Sequence record: DRR723986_609
DNA: 40,885 bases
Direction: 5' to 3' (one strand)
Shown: positions 10,113 to 19,565 of the stretch, piece by piece
Layout: each line of letters begins with the position of its first letter
How positions within the stretch are numbered: position 1 is the first letter of the stretch
The notes under the pieces: generated by a model
Seen by the model: only the letters and a program-made list of their open reading frames with translations
Told to the model about the DNA's origin: nothing
Databases searched by the model: none
Made by a program: the position numbers and the translations under genes

Positions 10113-13100
10113 ATGAAATTGTTGAAACTCTATTTAATTTGTGCGCTAGGTCTTTTGATGAGGCATTCTTATGCACAACAACAGGACTGGCTTTTTGACA
10201 GAATTTCATTAAAAGATGGTTTGTCAAACACTAATGTTTATGACATTTTTCAGGATTCTAAGGGATACTTCTGGGTATGCACACAAAACGGTTTAAATAG
10301 GTACAATGCCTACGAATTTCAGGTGTTTAATTCTGATGTTGACGACCCATCTTCAATTAATTCTGATTTAGTTTTATGTGTATTTGAGGATGATGAGAAC
10401 CGTCTTTGGATTGGCACTGGTGGCGGGCTAAATGAGTATGAAAGATCTACAGGCAAGTTTATTTCGCATGAATTAGTGCTAGACAATATCGAAATGTCCG
10501 TTCAACCCACTGTGACAGATATTGTTCAATCAGATGACGGGAGCCTGTATTTGGCAACATCTTCTAACGGATTAATTAAATACGATAAAAATTTAAATAA
10601 ATCCGACTTGGCTTCACCAATCGATCCTTCTAACAAAGATTGGCATCCTGGATTTATTCGTTGTTTAATGATTGATTCTGAGGATAATCTGTGGGGTGGT
10701 ACTAATGGGAGTGGCGTTTTTAAATACAATCTAAATTCTAATGAAGTCACCGTATATTATTCAATTTTAAATGAGAAATTTCCGCATGAACTTTCTTTTG
10801 GTTTTGCTTTACATGAAGATCAAAAAGGAGATATTTGGGTGGGTACCTTTGTTGGTGGCCTCCTAAAGTATGACCAGTCTACTGATAATTTCAGATTAAT
10901 TCCGAACCCAAACAATTCAGATGCTATCACCAAGAATGGAGTAATGGCAATTTCAGAAACACCCAATGGGCAGCTGATTTTGGGTACTAATGGTGGCGGA
11001 GTCTTTATTTTTGATGCTGGAACAGAAAAGTTTGGGAAAAATTATTTGAATGAACCGGGTCTTACTTCTTCGTTGTCAAATGACTTTATAGTGACGATAT
11101 ACAGAGATAAAGAAAACATCATTTGGATTGGTACAGAAAACGGTGGTTTGTCTATTTATAATCCCAACAGAAGAAAGTTTACGGCGTACAAAAAAAATGG
11201 TGTATCGAAAACGGATATGCCGGGCTCTACAGTGAATGCGATCTGTGAAGATGAGCGAGGTATCGTATGGATCGGAACAGAAAACAATGGCTATGCTAGG
11301 TTCAACAGAGAAACCAACGAGTTTCAATCATTTTTAATTCCTAATGCTCACAGACAAAAGGGCAATACTTTTATTAAAACCATTATAGAAGATGGAGAAG
11401 GAGGTGTATGGATTGGAGCGAATATGGGAGGCTTAACACATGTAGATTCGTCAGGTCAAATTATTCAACAATATTCTAGCAGCATTCAAGTAAATGATCC
11501 CCATCCGCTGCTTATGGATGACTTAAGGACATTAATGATGGCCGAAGATGGAATACTTTGGATTGGAGGGTTTAGATCTTTTGCTAGAAAAAAAGGTGAA
11601 AATTTTAAGGTTTTCTGTGAAAATCCCAATCCGAACTCTGGTATCTGTTCTGAGGCAGTAAGTGATATTTATGAATTAAACGAAAACTATTTATTGATTG
11701 GTTATGCCAGACAAGGTATTCGCTATTTCAACAGAAATACTGAGGAATTCGGACCGCATATTCTTCCAGGTGATGAAAAATATCCTGGATTAAGCAGTGA
11801 TGCAGTAAACGTGATTTTTCGTGATTCTCAAAATAGACTTTGGTTGGGAACCAATAACGGGCTTAACCTCATGAATGAAGTAGATACCACCTTTAAAGTA
11901 TATTATCGAAAACAAGGTTTACCTTCAAGTACCATTCTCGGTATTTTAGAAGATGAAGCAGGCAATTTATGGATCAGTACAAATTTGGGCTTGTCCTGCT
12001 TTAACCCCAATCAGGAATCTTTTAAAAACTATTATGAAGAGGATGGATTACAATCGAACGTGTTCAGGTTCGGGTCTTTCTTTAAAAGTAATTCAGGTGA
12101 AATGTTTTTTGGAGGTGTTGACGGATTCAATGCATTCTACCCCAAACAAATTAGAACCAATCGAAAGGTTCCAAAAATTGTATTTACGGATTTTCAATTG
12201 TTTAATAAATCAATTGAGCCAGGAGAAAACTCTGTCTTAAAATCTGTTATTGAAGAAACGAAACAAATCGAATTAGATTATGACCAATCCATTTTCTCTT
12301 TTCAGTTTGCTGCCTTAAATTATACACTTACTGAGCAAAACGAATATGCTTACCAATTAGAAGGTTTTGATGACGAAAAACAATTCATTGGAAATCGCCG
12401 CTATATTACGTTTACCAATATTCCTGCTGGTGAGTACACACTCAAAATTTATGCATGCAATAATGATGGTGTTTGGAACAATGAAGGTCTTACCTTGGAT
12501 ATAAAGATTAATCCTCCGTTTTGGGAAACATGGTGGTTTAGGCTGCTAATGGCTTTGCTAGCTATTGGAATTTTTACTATCTGGTATAGATGGCGAATAA
12601 GATCTATTGAAATACATAATAAAAAGCTTGAGCACCAAGTGAAAGTGAGAACGAAACAAGTTGTAGAACAAAAAGACGAAATAAAACGCCAAAAAGATCT
12701 GGTGGACCAAAAAAATCAAGATATGCTTGATAGTATTAGATACTCAAAGCGTATACAAGACTCTTTTATCCCCAATCGATCTGAATTTGAAAAACAATTT
12801 GCTGATAGTTTTATAGTTTTTAAACCCAAGGATATTGTTTCGGGGGATTTTTATTGGATGGAAACTATTGAAAATTTGACCATGTTGGCGGTAGCCGATT
12901 GCACGGGTCATGGGGTGCCTGGCGCAATGGTATCTGTTTTAGGCAATAATGGTTTACATCAAGCAATTTCTGAAAAGCACTTGACTGATTCGGGTGAAAT
13001 TTTAGACGCTTTAAACAGCTATGTTCGTAAATCATTTGATAAAAGTGATGAAACCGTTCGGGATGGAATGGATATCTGTCTGTGTACTTTTGATTTAAAG

Positions 13101-13466
13101 TCATCTAAGCTAAATTTCGCTGCGGCGAATAACCCATTATGGATAATTCGAGATAAGGAATTGATAGCTTATAAGGCAACCAAACAGCCTATTGGTAATT
13201 ATTCTAAAAGTATTTCTTTTGAATCTCAAGAAATTGATTTAGTTAAAGGTGATTGGGTGATTATGTTTTCAGATGGTTTCCCAGATCAGTTTGGAGGTGA
13301 AAAAGGTAAAAAATATAAATACAGCACACTGAAAAATAAATTAGTGGAAGTATGCCAAAATAAATCAGGGAACGAAATTTCGGAGTTATTAATCAAAGAA
13401 TTTGAAGATTGGAAAGGGGAGCATGAGCAAATAGATGATGTTTGTCTCGTTGGTGTCAAAATTTAA
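10113..13466 (+). CDS. Membrane sensor: two-component-regulator beta-propellers, Y_Y_Y domain, TM helix and SpoIIE/PP2C phosphatase
   Basis: Repeated ED..G.LWIGT..GL propeller motifs, Y_Y_Y (YAYQLEGFD...FTNIPAGEY), PPFWETWWF TM, then VSGDFYW, ADCTGHGVPGA, DGMD, SDG and DD. Start placed at MKLLKL. Confidence 0.9.
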   Translation: MKLLKLYLICALGLLMRHSYAQQQDWLFDRISLKDGLSNTNVYDIFQDSKGYFWVCTQNGLNRYNAYEFQVFNSDVDDPSSINSDLVLCVFEDDENRLWIGTGGGLNEYERSTGKFISHELVLDNIEMSVQPTVTDIVQSDDGSLYLATSSNGLIKYDKNLNKSDLASPIDPSNKDWHPGFIRCLMIDSEDNLWGGTNGSGVFKYNLNSNEVTVYYSILNEKFPHELSFGFALHEDQKGDIWVGTFVGGLLKYDQSTDNFRLIPNPNNSDAITKNGVMAISETPNGQLILGTNGGGVFIFDAGTEKFGKNYLNEPGLTSSLSNDFIVTIYRDKENIIWIGTENGGLSIYNPNRRKFTAYKKNGVSKTDMPGSTVNAICEDERGIVWIGTENNGYARFNRETNEFQSFLIPNAHRQKGNTFIKTIIEDGEGGVWIGANMGGLTHVDSSGQIIQQYSSSIQVNDPHPLLMDDLRTLMMAEDGILWIGGFRSFARKKGENFKVFCENPNPNSGICSEAVSDIYELNENYLLIGYARQGIRYFNRNTEEFGPHILPGDEKYPGLSSDAVNVIFRDSQNRLWLGTNNGLNLMNEVDTTFKVYYRKQGLPSSTILGILEDEAGNLWISTNLGLSCFNPNQESFKNYYEEDGLQSNVFRFGSFFKSNSGEMFFGGVDGFNAFYPKQIRTNRKVPKIVFTDFQLFNKSIEPGENSVLKSVIEETKQIELDYDQSIFSFQFAALNYTLTEQNEYAYQLEGFDDEKQFIGNRRYITFTNIPAGEYTLKIYACNNDGVWNNEGLTLDIKINPPFWETWWFRLLMALLAIGIFTIWYRWRIRSIEIHNKKLEHQVKVRTKQVVEQKDEIKRQKDLVDQKNQDMLDSIRYSKRIQDSFIPNRSEFEKQFADSFIVFKPKDIVSGDFYWMETIENLTMLAVADCTGHGVPGAMVSVLGNNGLHQAISEKHLTDSGEILDALNSYVRKSFDKSDETVRDGMDICLCTFDLKSSKLNFAAANNPLWIIRDKELIAYKATKQPIGNYSKSISFESQEIDLVKGDWVIMFSDGFPDQFGGEKGKKYKYSTLKNKLVEVCQNKSGNEISELLIKEFEDWKGEHEQIDDVCLVGVKI

Positions 13467-13518
13467 ATTGCAATTCAAACAGAAACAGTCTTTTTTTAAG
13501 AATTTGTTCATAACAGTT

Positions 13519-13578
13519 CTTGAGATTGACAGCTTTCGACTTTACTTTTGTTTAATTTTATCGAACAAAAGATAAACA
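13519..13578 (+). promoter_or_regulatory. Primary-sigma promoter of the MerR gene overlapped by a palindromic operator
   Basis: CTTG(13519-22)-N20-TACTTTTG(13543-50) fits the Bacteroidota -33/-7 consensus. TGTTTAA(13549-55)-N16-ATAAACA(13572-78) overlaps the -7 box. Confidence 0.6.
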
Positions 13579-13597
13579 GGCTTGTTAACTGTCTAAG

Positions 13598-14467
13598 TTG
13601 GCACAGTATTCAATAAAAGATTTAGAAAATTTTACCAAAATCAAAGCGCATACTTTGAGAATTTGGGAGCAGAGGTATGCCTTGTTGAGTCCTGAAAGAA
13701 CAGATACCAACATAAGATACTACTCTGATAAAGACTTGAAAAAAATATTGAACATCAATTTACTTTATCAAAATGGCTTGAAAATTTCGAAAATTGCTAA
13801 ACTATCAGAAAAAGAAATATTTCGAGAAGCCGCTAAGATTTTATTAGAAGATGAAGTAAGTGGAAGAGATGAGATCAATAGCTTTGTAGAAAACATTTTG
13901 GCTTTAAACGAGGCTGGAATTCAGGAGTCTTTAAAAAGAATAACACAAAAAATTGGAATGGAACGTCTTTACACAGAAGTTCTCATTCCGCTTTTAGAAA
14001 AAGTCGGAACATTATGGCAGGTTGATGCCATCTCCGTTTCTCACGAACACTTTCTATCTAACATCTTGAGAGAATTCTTAATTACCAATATCTCGGGAAT
14101 AGAGAATGCTAGGGTAGCTAAAGGAAAAGTTGTATTGTTTTTGCCTGAACATGAGAAACACGAATTGAGCCTCTTATTTTATTATTTCTTGCTTAAGAAA
14201 AAGGGCTATGATTGTTTTTATCTAGGTCAGTCTGTTCCAATGAAAGATCTTAGAGAATTTGTGAACGAGACAGAGCCTGATTTTATCGTGACGAGTCTTA
14301 TTGCTGAGGTCACTTCAGAAGATTTCTCAGAATTAATGTCTGGCCTAATCGAACTGATTAATCCAAAGAAAATATTTCTTGGTGGGTATCAATTAGAAAA
14401 ACACAAATTAGCTGTTCCTGAAGGGGTAAATGTCGTACAATCTATTGACGACATCATTGGCAAATAA
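13598..14467 (+). CDS. MerR-family regulator with cobalamin-binding domain (CarH/LitR-like); TTG start
   Basis: MerR HTH (IKAHTLRIWEQRY..L.PERT.TNIRYY), W-x9-EH motif (WQVDAISVSHEH), E-x-H motif (EKHELS) and YLGQSVP; adjacent to crt genes. Confidence 0.85.
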   Translation: MAQYSIKDLENFTKIKAHTLRIWEQRYALLSPERTDTNIRYYSDKDLKKILNINLLYQNGLKISKIAKLSEKEIFREAAKILLEDEVSGRDEINSFVENILALNEAGIQESLKRITQKIGMERLYTEVLIPLLEKVGTLWQVDAISVSHEHFLSNILREFLITNISGIENARVAKGKVVLFLPEHEKHELSLLFYYFLLKKKGYDCFYLGQSVPMKDLREFVNETEPDFIVTSLIAEVTSEDFSELMSGLIELINPKKIFLGGYQLEKHKLAVPEGVNVVQSIDDIIGK

Positions 14468-14543
14468 ATCTATTTGCTCAGAAATTTCCTATTCAACATC
14501 CAAAATTAAATGTCAGTCGTATGTAAGCTGATGCAGATGATTT

Positions 14544-14844
14544 TGTTTAATACAATTAAACAGAATTCAATTTCAACTGGTATTTACCTGGGTAAATAAT
14601 GAGTGAAAATTAAGATTTATGGTATTGAAAATGAAGAAAAATACAGATTTGTTTAAAGTACATTAAACAAAATTGATACTTTTTTCAGATTTGTTTTTTT
14701 GCCATACATCCTATATTATATAGGGTTTTCCGACAGTTGATTGAGGTTTTGTTTAATTTAAATTAAAAAAAGTTAAACAAATGTTTGGAAATGTCATTTG
14801 CTATCACATATATTTGTTTAACAGAAACGAAAAAACATTAAACA
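14544..14844 (+). promoter_or_regulatory. crt operon control region: four TGTTTAA...TTAAACA inverted repeats and a primary-sigma promoter
   Basis: Sites at 14544-14562 (N5), 14650-14669 (N6), 14750-14779 (N16) and 14815-14844 (N16). Promoter TTTG(14784-87)-N21-TATATTTG(14809-16). Confidence 0.7.
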
Positions 14845-14846
14845 AA

Positions 14847-15338
14847 ATGACAGCATTTGAATTTAATACACGTTTGATAGATCTCAATGACTTTATTAAA
14901 GGCTTTGCCTTAAAATATACGAGAGATGAAGATTTAGCTCAAGATTTAGCACAAGAGACAATTTTGAAAGCATTGGCAAATCGAGAGAAATTTAGAACCA
15001 ATACAAATCTTAAAGGTTGGTTGAAGGTGATTTTAAAAAACACATTTATCAACTCATATCGAAGAAAGTCAACACATATGATGACTTACAATTCTGAAGA
15101 TTACAAAGTTATGAATGGGGAAGCTGATAATTACCAGCCAGACAACATTATGATGACGAGTCATATTCAAAATTTGATTGAGTCTTTAGACGAAGGGTTA
15201 AAAAAACCGTTCATGATGCATGTAGAAGGATTTAAATATCATGAGATATCTGAAGAAATGGACTTACCTTTAGGTACTGTTAAGAGTAGAATTCATCAAA
15301 CAAGAAAAATCTTAGCAGCGCAAATTAACAATGGCTAA
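14847..15338 (+). CDS. ECF sigma factor heading the carotenoid operon
   Basis: Region 2 (AQDLAQETILKA...NLKGWL..ILKNTFIN) and region 4 (GFKYHEISEEMDLPLGTVKSRIH). Start at MTAFE (14847). Confidence 0.9.
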   Translation: MTAFEFNTRLIDLNDFIKGFALKYTRDEDLAQDLAQETILKALANREKFRTNTNLKGWLKVILKNTFINSYRRKSTHMMTYNSEDYKVMNGEADNYQPDNIMMTSHIQNLIESLDEGLKKPFMMHVEGFKYHEISEEMDLPLGTVKSRIHQTRKILAAQINNG

Positions 15339-16803
15339 AACTATTGACATAATAGGAGCAGGAATCTCAGGTTTGTATGCTGCGTGCTACCTTTCGAAAA
15401 ACGGTTACCAAGTGACGGTTCATGAGAAAAACGACAGTATCGGTGGACGTTCACGCGTTTTTGAAGCTGAGGGATTTACATTTGATATGGGACCATCTTG
15501 GTATTGGATGCCAGAATTAATCGATCAAATGTTTGAAGATTTAGGTGAAAAACGATCAGATTATTTTGCGCTAAAAAGACTGGAGCCGGCCTATCAAGTT
15601 TTCTGGAAAAACGAGCAACCCACAAATGTTCCTGCAGACTTTGAAGACTTAAAGAAACTATTTGACTCGTTTGAAGAAAATGGCGGAGAGAAGTTAGAGC
15701 GGTTTTTGAAAGATGCTCAAACAAAATATGAAGTTGCGGTTGACGAATTTTTATTCAAACCTGGTTTAAAATGGGGTGAATTGATTTCAATGAAAGTGCT
15801 GAAAAAAGCCTTGAAGTTAGATGTCCTTAAATCTGTTGAAAAAGATGTCAGTAACCGATTTAAATCGGCAAGAGCGCAAGCCATTTTAAATTTTCCCGTA
15901 TTGTTTTTAGGTGAAATGCCGAATCGCATTCCATCATTATATACGCTAATGAATTATGCCGATTTAAAACTGGGGACATGGTATCCAGAAGGCGGAATGG
16001 GGATTTTGGCAAAATCTTTAGCTCAAATTGCAAAGCAAAATGGAGTGCAGTTCAAATTAAATTCGGCTCTTGAAGGACTTGAAATTTCAAACCAAAAAAT
16101 CGACAGAATTAAAGTGGCAGGGCAAACACTTGAAACTGAAAATGTGTTGGTTTCTGCAGATTATCATCACGTTGAACAAAATATCTTACCAAAAGCTTAT
16201 AGAACATATTCTGAGTCCTACTGGGATGCTAGGAAATTAGCACCTTCATGTTTGATTTTCTATATCGGTTTAGATCGTGAAGTCCCTGGGCTACAGCACC
16301 ACAATTTATTTTTTGATGAAGATTTAATTGCCCATGGTAAAACCATTTATGATAATCCATCTTGGCCCGATAACCCATTGTTTTATGCTTGTGCGCCAAG
16401 TAAAACAGATAAAGATGTCGCTCCAATGGGTAAAGAAAATTTATTCTTTTTAATTCCAATTGCTCCAGATTTGGAGGATACAGAAGAGATTCGTGAGCGA
16501 TATTTTAAAGAAATAGTGAAACGATTAAACCAACATTTAAATATTGATATTACTGACCACATCATCTATAAAAGATCGTATTGCGTTAGTGATTTTAAAG
16601 AAGATTATAACGCATTCAAAGGCAATGCCTACGGTTTGGCCAATACCCTTAAACAAACGGCTAACCTAAAACCAAAAATTAACTCAAAATTGGATAATCT
16701 GAACTTTTGCGGTCAGTTAACTGTTCCAGGGCCAGGTGTTCCTCCTGCTCTTATCTCAGGTCAAATTGTTGCGCAGCAGGTGATCAATAAATACAAAAAC
16801 TAG
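15331..16803 (+). CDS. crtI: Phytoene desaturase
   Basis: IIGAGISG, FDMGPSWYWMP, GNAYGLANTL.QTA and GQLTVPGPGVPP motifs. Confidence 0.92.
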   Translation: MAKTIDIIGAGISGLYAACYLSKNGYQVTVHEKNDSIGGRSRVFEAEGFTFDMGPSWYWMPELIDQMFEDLGEKRSDYFALKRLEPAYQVFWKNEQPTNVPADFEDLKKLFDSFEENGGEKLERFLKDAQTKYEVAVDEFLFKPGLKWGELISMKVLKKALKLDVLKSVEKDVSNRFKSARAQAILNFPVLFLGEMPNRIPSLYTLMNYADLKLGTWYPEGGMGILAKSLAQIAKQNGVQFKLNSALEGLEISNQKIDRIKVAGQTLETENVLVSADYHHVEQNILPKAYRTYSESYWDARKLAPSCLIFYIGLDREVPGLQHHNLFFDEDLIAHGKTIYDNPSWPDNPLFYACAPSKTDKDVAPMGKENLFFLIPIAPDLEDTEEIRERYFKEIVKRLNQHLNIDITDHIIYKRSYCVSDFKEDYNAFKGNAYGLANTLKQTANLKPKINSKLDNLNFCGQLTVPGPGVPPALISGQIVAQQVINKYKN

Positions 16804-16805
16804 CT

Positions 16806-17642
16806 ATGAAATCTATCTATGATGAGTATGCTTTTAAAGCATCAAAACACGTAACAAAAACATATAGCACCTCCTTTTATGCTGGGGTTAGGTTTTTAGA
16901 TAAATCGATTCGAAATGATGTGCATGCGATATACGGATTTGTACGTTTGGCAGATGAAATCGTTGATTCTTTTCACGATTTTCCGAAACAACAATTGTTG
17001 GATGAAATCAGAGCGGATACCTATAAGGCAATTGAAAAACAAATCTCTTTGAATCCGGTTTTGCATGCCTTTCAAATGGCGGTGAATAAATACAATATAG
17101 ATAGATCGCTGATAGATCAATTTCTACATAGCATGGAGATGGATTTGAATCCACTTGAGTATAATCAGGCGAGCTTTGAAGAATATATTCTAGGTTCAGC
17201 TGAGGTTGTAGGCTTGATGTGTCTCAAAATCTTTGTTTACGGAGATGAAAATAAATATGAGGAGTTAAAGCCTTATGCCATGAAGTTAGGTTCTGCTTTT
17301 CAAAAAATAAATTTTTTACGTGATTTAAAAGATGATGTTGAAGGTTTAGGAAGAGTTTACTTCCCGGATTTAACTGACGCTGGAATTACATTAGAAGATA
17401 AGCTGGCAATTGAGGCAGACATTCAGCAAGAGTTTGACGAAGCTTATATCGGAATAAAAATGTTGCCAAAATCATCTCGATTTGGTGTTTATGTGAGCTA
17501 TGTCTATTATTTAAAGTTGCTCAAAAAAATTAAGCGAAAAGATACAACAGAACTAATGAATGCCCGAATTCGTGTTTCTGACAAAGCAAAAATCGCCTTG
17601 TTTTTTAAATCTTACGTTAGAAATTCAATCAATTTGTTATGA
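16806..17642 (+). CDS. crtB: Phytoene synthase
   Basis: YSTSF, YGFVRLADEIVD and FQKINFLRDLKDD..LGRVYFP motifs. Confidence 0.95.
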   Translation: MKSIYDEYAFKASKHVTKTYSTSFYAGVRFLDKSIRNDVHAIYGFVRLADEIVDSFHDFPKQQLLDEIRADTYKAIEKQISLNPVLHAFQMAVNKYNIDRSLIDQFLHSMEMDLNPLEYNQASFEEYILGSAEVVGLMCLKIFVYGDENKYEELKPYAMKLGSAFQKINFLRDLKDDVEGLGRVYFPDLTDAGITLEDKLAIEADIQQEFDEAYIGIKMLPKSSRFGVYVSYVYYLKLLKKIKRKDTTELMNARIRVSDKAKIALFFKSYVRNSINLL

Positions 17643-18082
17643 TTAATTTCCTGATTTGGTTAAGCTTAAGTTTATCCGCTTCAGATATGAATGAAGTGAG
17701 AGAATTGTTCACTGCTGCGGCTGAAAGTGAGGCTAAAAACGAGCAATTACTTAAAATCACAGACGGATATACCGTAGATTATAAGCCTGTTGTTTATGCC
17801 TATCATGCAGCAGCAGAAATGACTATGGCAAATCATACTTTTTGGCCAGTATCTAAATTCAATTATTTTAACTCAGGCAAAGACAAACTAGAAAAGGCGG
17901 TAAAAAAATACCCTCAAAATGTTGAAATCAGATACATCCGATATGCTATTCAAAAAGAATCGCCAGGATTTTTAGATTATCAATCTAATTTGACCGAGGA
18001 TCGAAATATGATTTTAAAGAATTATCACCAAACGAATTGGCCCAGCCATTTTAAAAACAAAGTAATTGCATTTGTAAAATAG
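17639..18082 (+). CDS. Exported alpha-helical hypothetical protein inside the crt operon
   Basis: ATGA overlap with crtB, short hydrophobic N-terminus, 'K..YFN.GK..LE.AV...P.NVEIRYIR' TPR-like segment. Confidence 0.75.
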   Translation: MINFLIWLSLSLSASDMNEVRELFTAAAESEAKNEQLLKITDGYTVDYKPVVYAYHAAAEMTMANHTFWPVSKFNYFNSGKDKLEKAVKKYPQNVEIRYIRYAIQKESPGFLDYQSNLTEDRNMILKNYHQTNWPSHFKNKVIAFVK

Positions 18083-18083
18083 G

Positions 18084-19565
18084 ATGGATAAAATTTATGA
18101 CACAGTAATTATCGGCGGAGGCATTTCAGGAATGGCCACTGCATTGCGGCGTCATAAAAAAGGTGATAAAGTTCTGCTAATTGAAAAATCTGATCAATTG
18201 GGTGGCAAGCTCGGTGTACTCAAATGGGGTGATTATGTTTGGGATAAAGGCCCATCATTATTTACTCTTCCCAACTTGATTACAGAGCTGTTTACGCTTT
18301 ACAATAAAAATCCTCAAGATTACTTTGAGTACTCTGAAATGGAAGAAAATTGCAGGTACTATTTTGAGAATTTGCCTCCATTCACATTTTTCAAGGATAA
18401 AGAAAAACGAAGAACTGAATTAGAAAAAATTTTCAGTAAAAAGGAGATCGATCAAGTAGAAGATTATTTAGCGAATACAGAGAAAATCTACAACGAAATC
18501 GGGGAACTGTTTATAGATGAGCCCAAACTGGGACTTAAGGATATGTTTAAACTAAAGATAGTTAGGCAGTATCCTAAATTGATGTCTCAGCAGATGCTGC
18601 ATTCGCTTAACGACTACAATCAAAAGCAATTTCAGAATCCACACCTCGTACAATTATTCAATCGATTTGGAACCTATAACGGATCTAACCCTTATCAAAT
18701 GAGTGGACTTTACAGTATGATTCCGCATCTTGAGTTGAATTTGGGCACATTTTTTCCGAAAGGTGGCATGCGAGCAATTATTGATAGTCTTGAAAAATTG
18801 ATGCGAGAAGAAGGAATTGAATACGCATTAAACATTGAAAAAATAAAGGTTAGCGATAAAGAGAAAGGGGTAATTGTCAGTGTTGAGGATCAAATAATTG
18901 AAGCAAAATGCGTAGTGTCCGCGATTGACCATATGACGTTTTATGACAATATTTATCAAGATGATCGCGCAAAAAATAAATACAAAGATCAGGTAAAATC
19001 AACATCTGCGGTTGTGTTTTATTGGGCAGTTAATCACAAATTTGATGAAATTGGATTGCATAATATGTTGTTTTCGTCAGATTATCAGGATGAATTTGAA
19101 CAGATATTTGATAATCGAAAAATTCCAAAATCCCCTTCAATATACATTCACAATAGCTCCGTTGTTGAACCCAATCAAGCGCCTGAAAATGGTCAGAATT
19201 GGTTTGTGATGATCAATACGCCGGCAGGAATAGAACCGAGTGCAAATCAAATAAATGAATTGAGAGAATTTGTGATGTCAAGAGTTAATGAGCTAGTAGG
19301 TATTGATATTAAAGATCATATCATTCATGAGAAAACATGGACCATGAGAGGAATTGAAAATGATACTGGATCATTGGACGGGGCACTTTACGGAGCTGCG
19401 TTTAATACCAAAACAGCATCTTTCAAACGTCACGGAAATCAGAGTAAAAAGAATAAGAACATCTATTTTACTGGAGGGTCAGTTCATCCTGGAGGGGGAA
19501 TTCCATTGGTGTTGAAATCAGCAAAAATTGTAGATCATTTAATTGATAAAAATGGCAATCATTAG
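18084..19565 (+). CDS. crtD: 1-hydroxycarotenoid 3,4-desaturase
   Basis: Second CrtI-family protein with WDKGPSLFTLP, LFNRFGTYNGSNPY, GALYG and GGSVHPGGGIPL, the pattern of Bacteroidota CrtD. Confidence 0.85.
   Translation: MDKIYDTVIIGGGISGMATALRRHKKGDKVLLIEKSDQLGGKLGVLKWGDYVWDKGPSLFTLPNLITELFTLYNKNPQDYFEYSEMEENCRYYFENLPPFTFFKDKEKRRTELEKIFSKKEIDQVEDYLANTEKIYNEIGELFIDEPKLGLKDMFKLKIVRQYPKLMSQQMLHSLNDYNQKQFQNPHLVQLFNRFGTYNGSNPYQMSGLYSMIPHLELNLGTFFPKGGMRAIIDSLEKLMREEGIEYALNIEKIKVSDKEKGVIVSVEDQIIEAKCVVSAIDHMTFYDNIYQDDRAKNKYKDQVKSTSAVVFYWAVNHKFDEIGLHNMLFSSDYQDEFEQIFDNRKIPKSPSIYIHNSSVVEPNQAPENGQNWFVMINTPAGIEPSANQINELREFVMSRVNELVGIDIKDHIIHEKTWTMRGIENDTGSLDGALYGAAFNTKTASFKRHGNQSKKNKNIYFTGGSVHPGGGIPLVLKSAKIVDHLIDKNGNH

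Noticed and set aside
14710-14724. Palindrome CCTATA-TTA-TATAGG in the crt control region
   Set aside because: Single short AT-rich occurrence with no second copy; it cannot be assigned a function.
14468-14846. Cobalamin riboswitch or sRNA in the long merR-sigma spacer
   Set aside because: No B12-box or GC-rich stems are visible; the operator repeats explain the region better.
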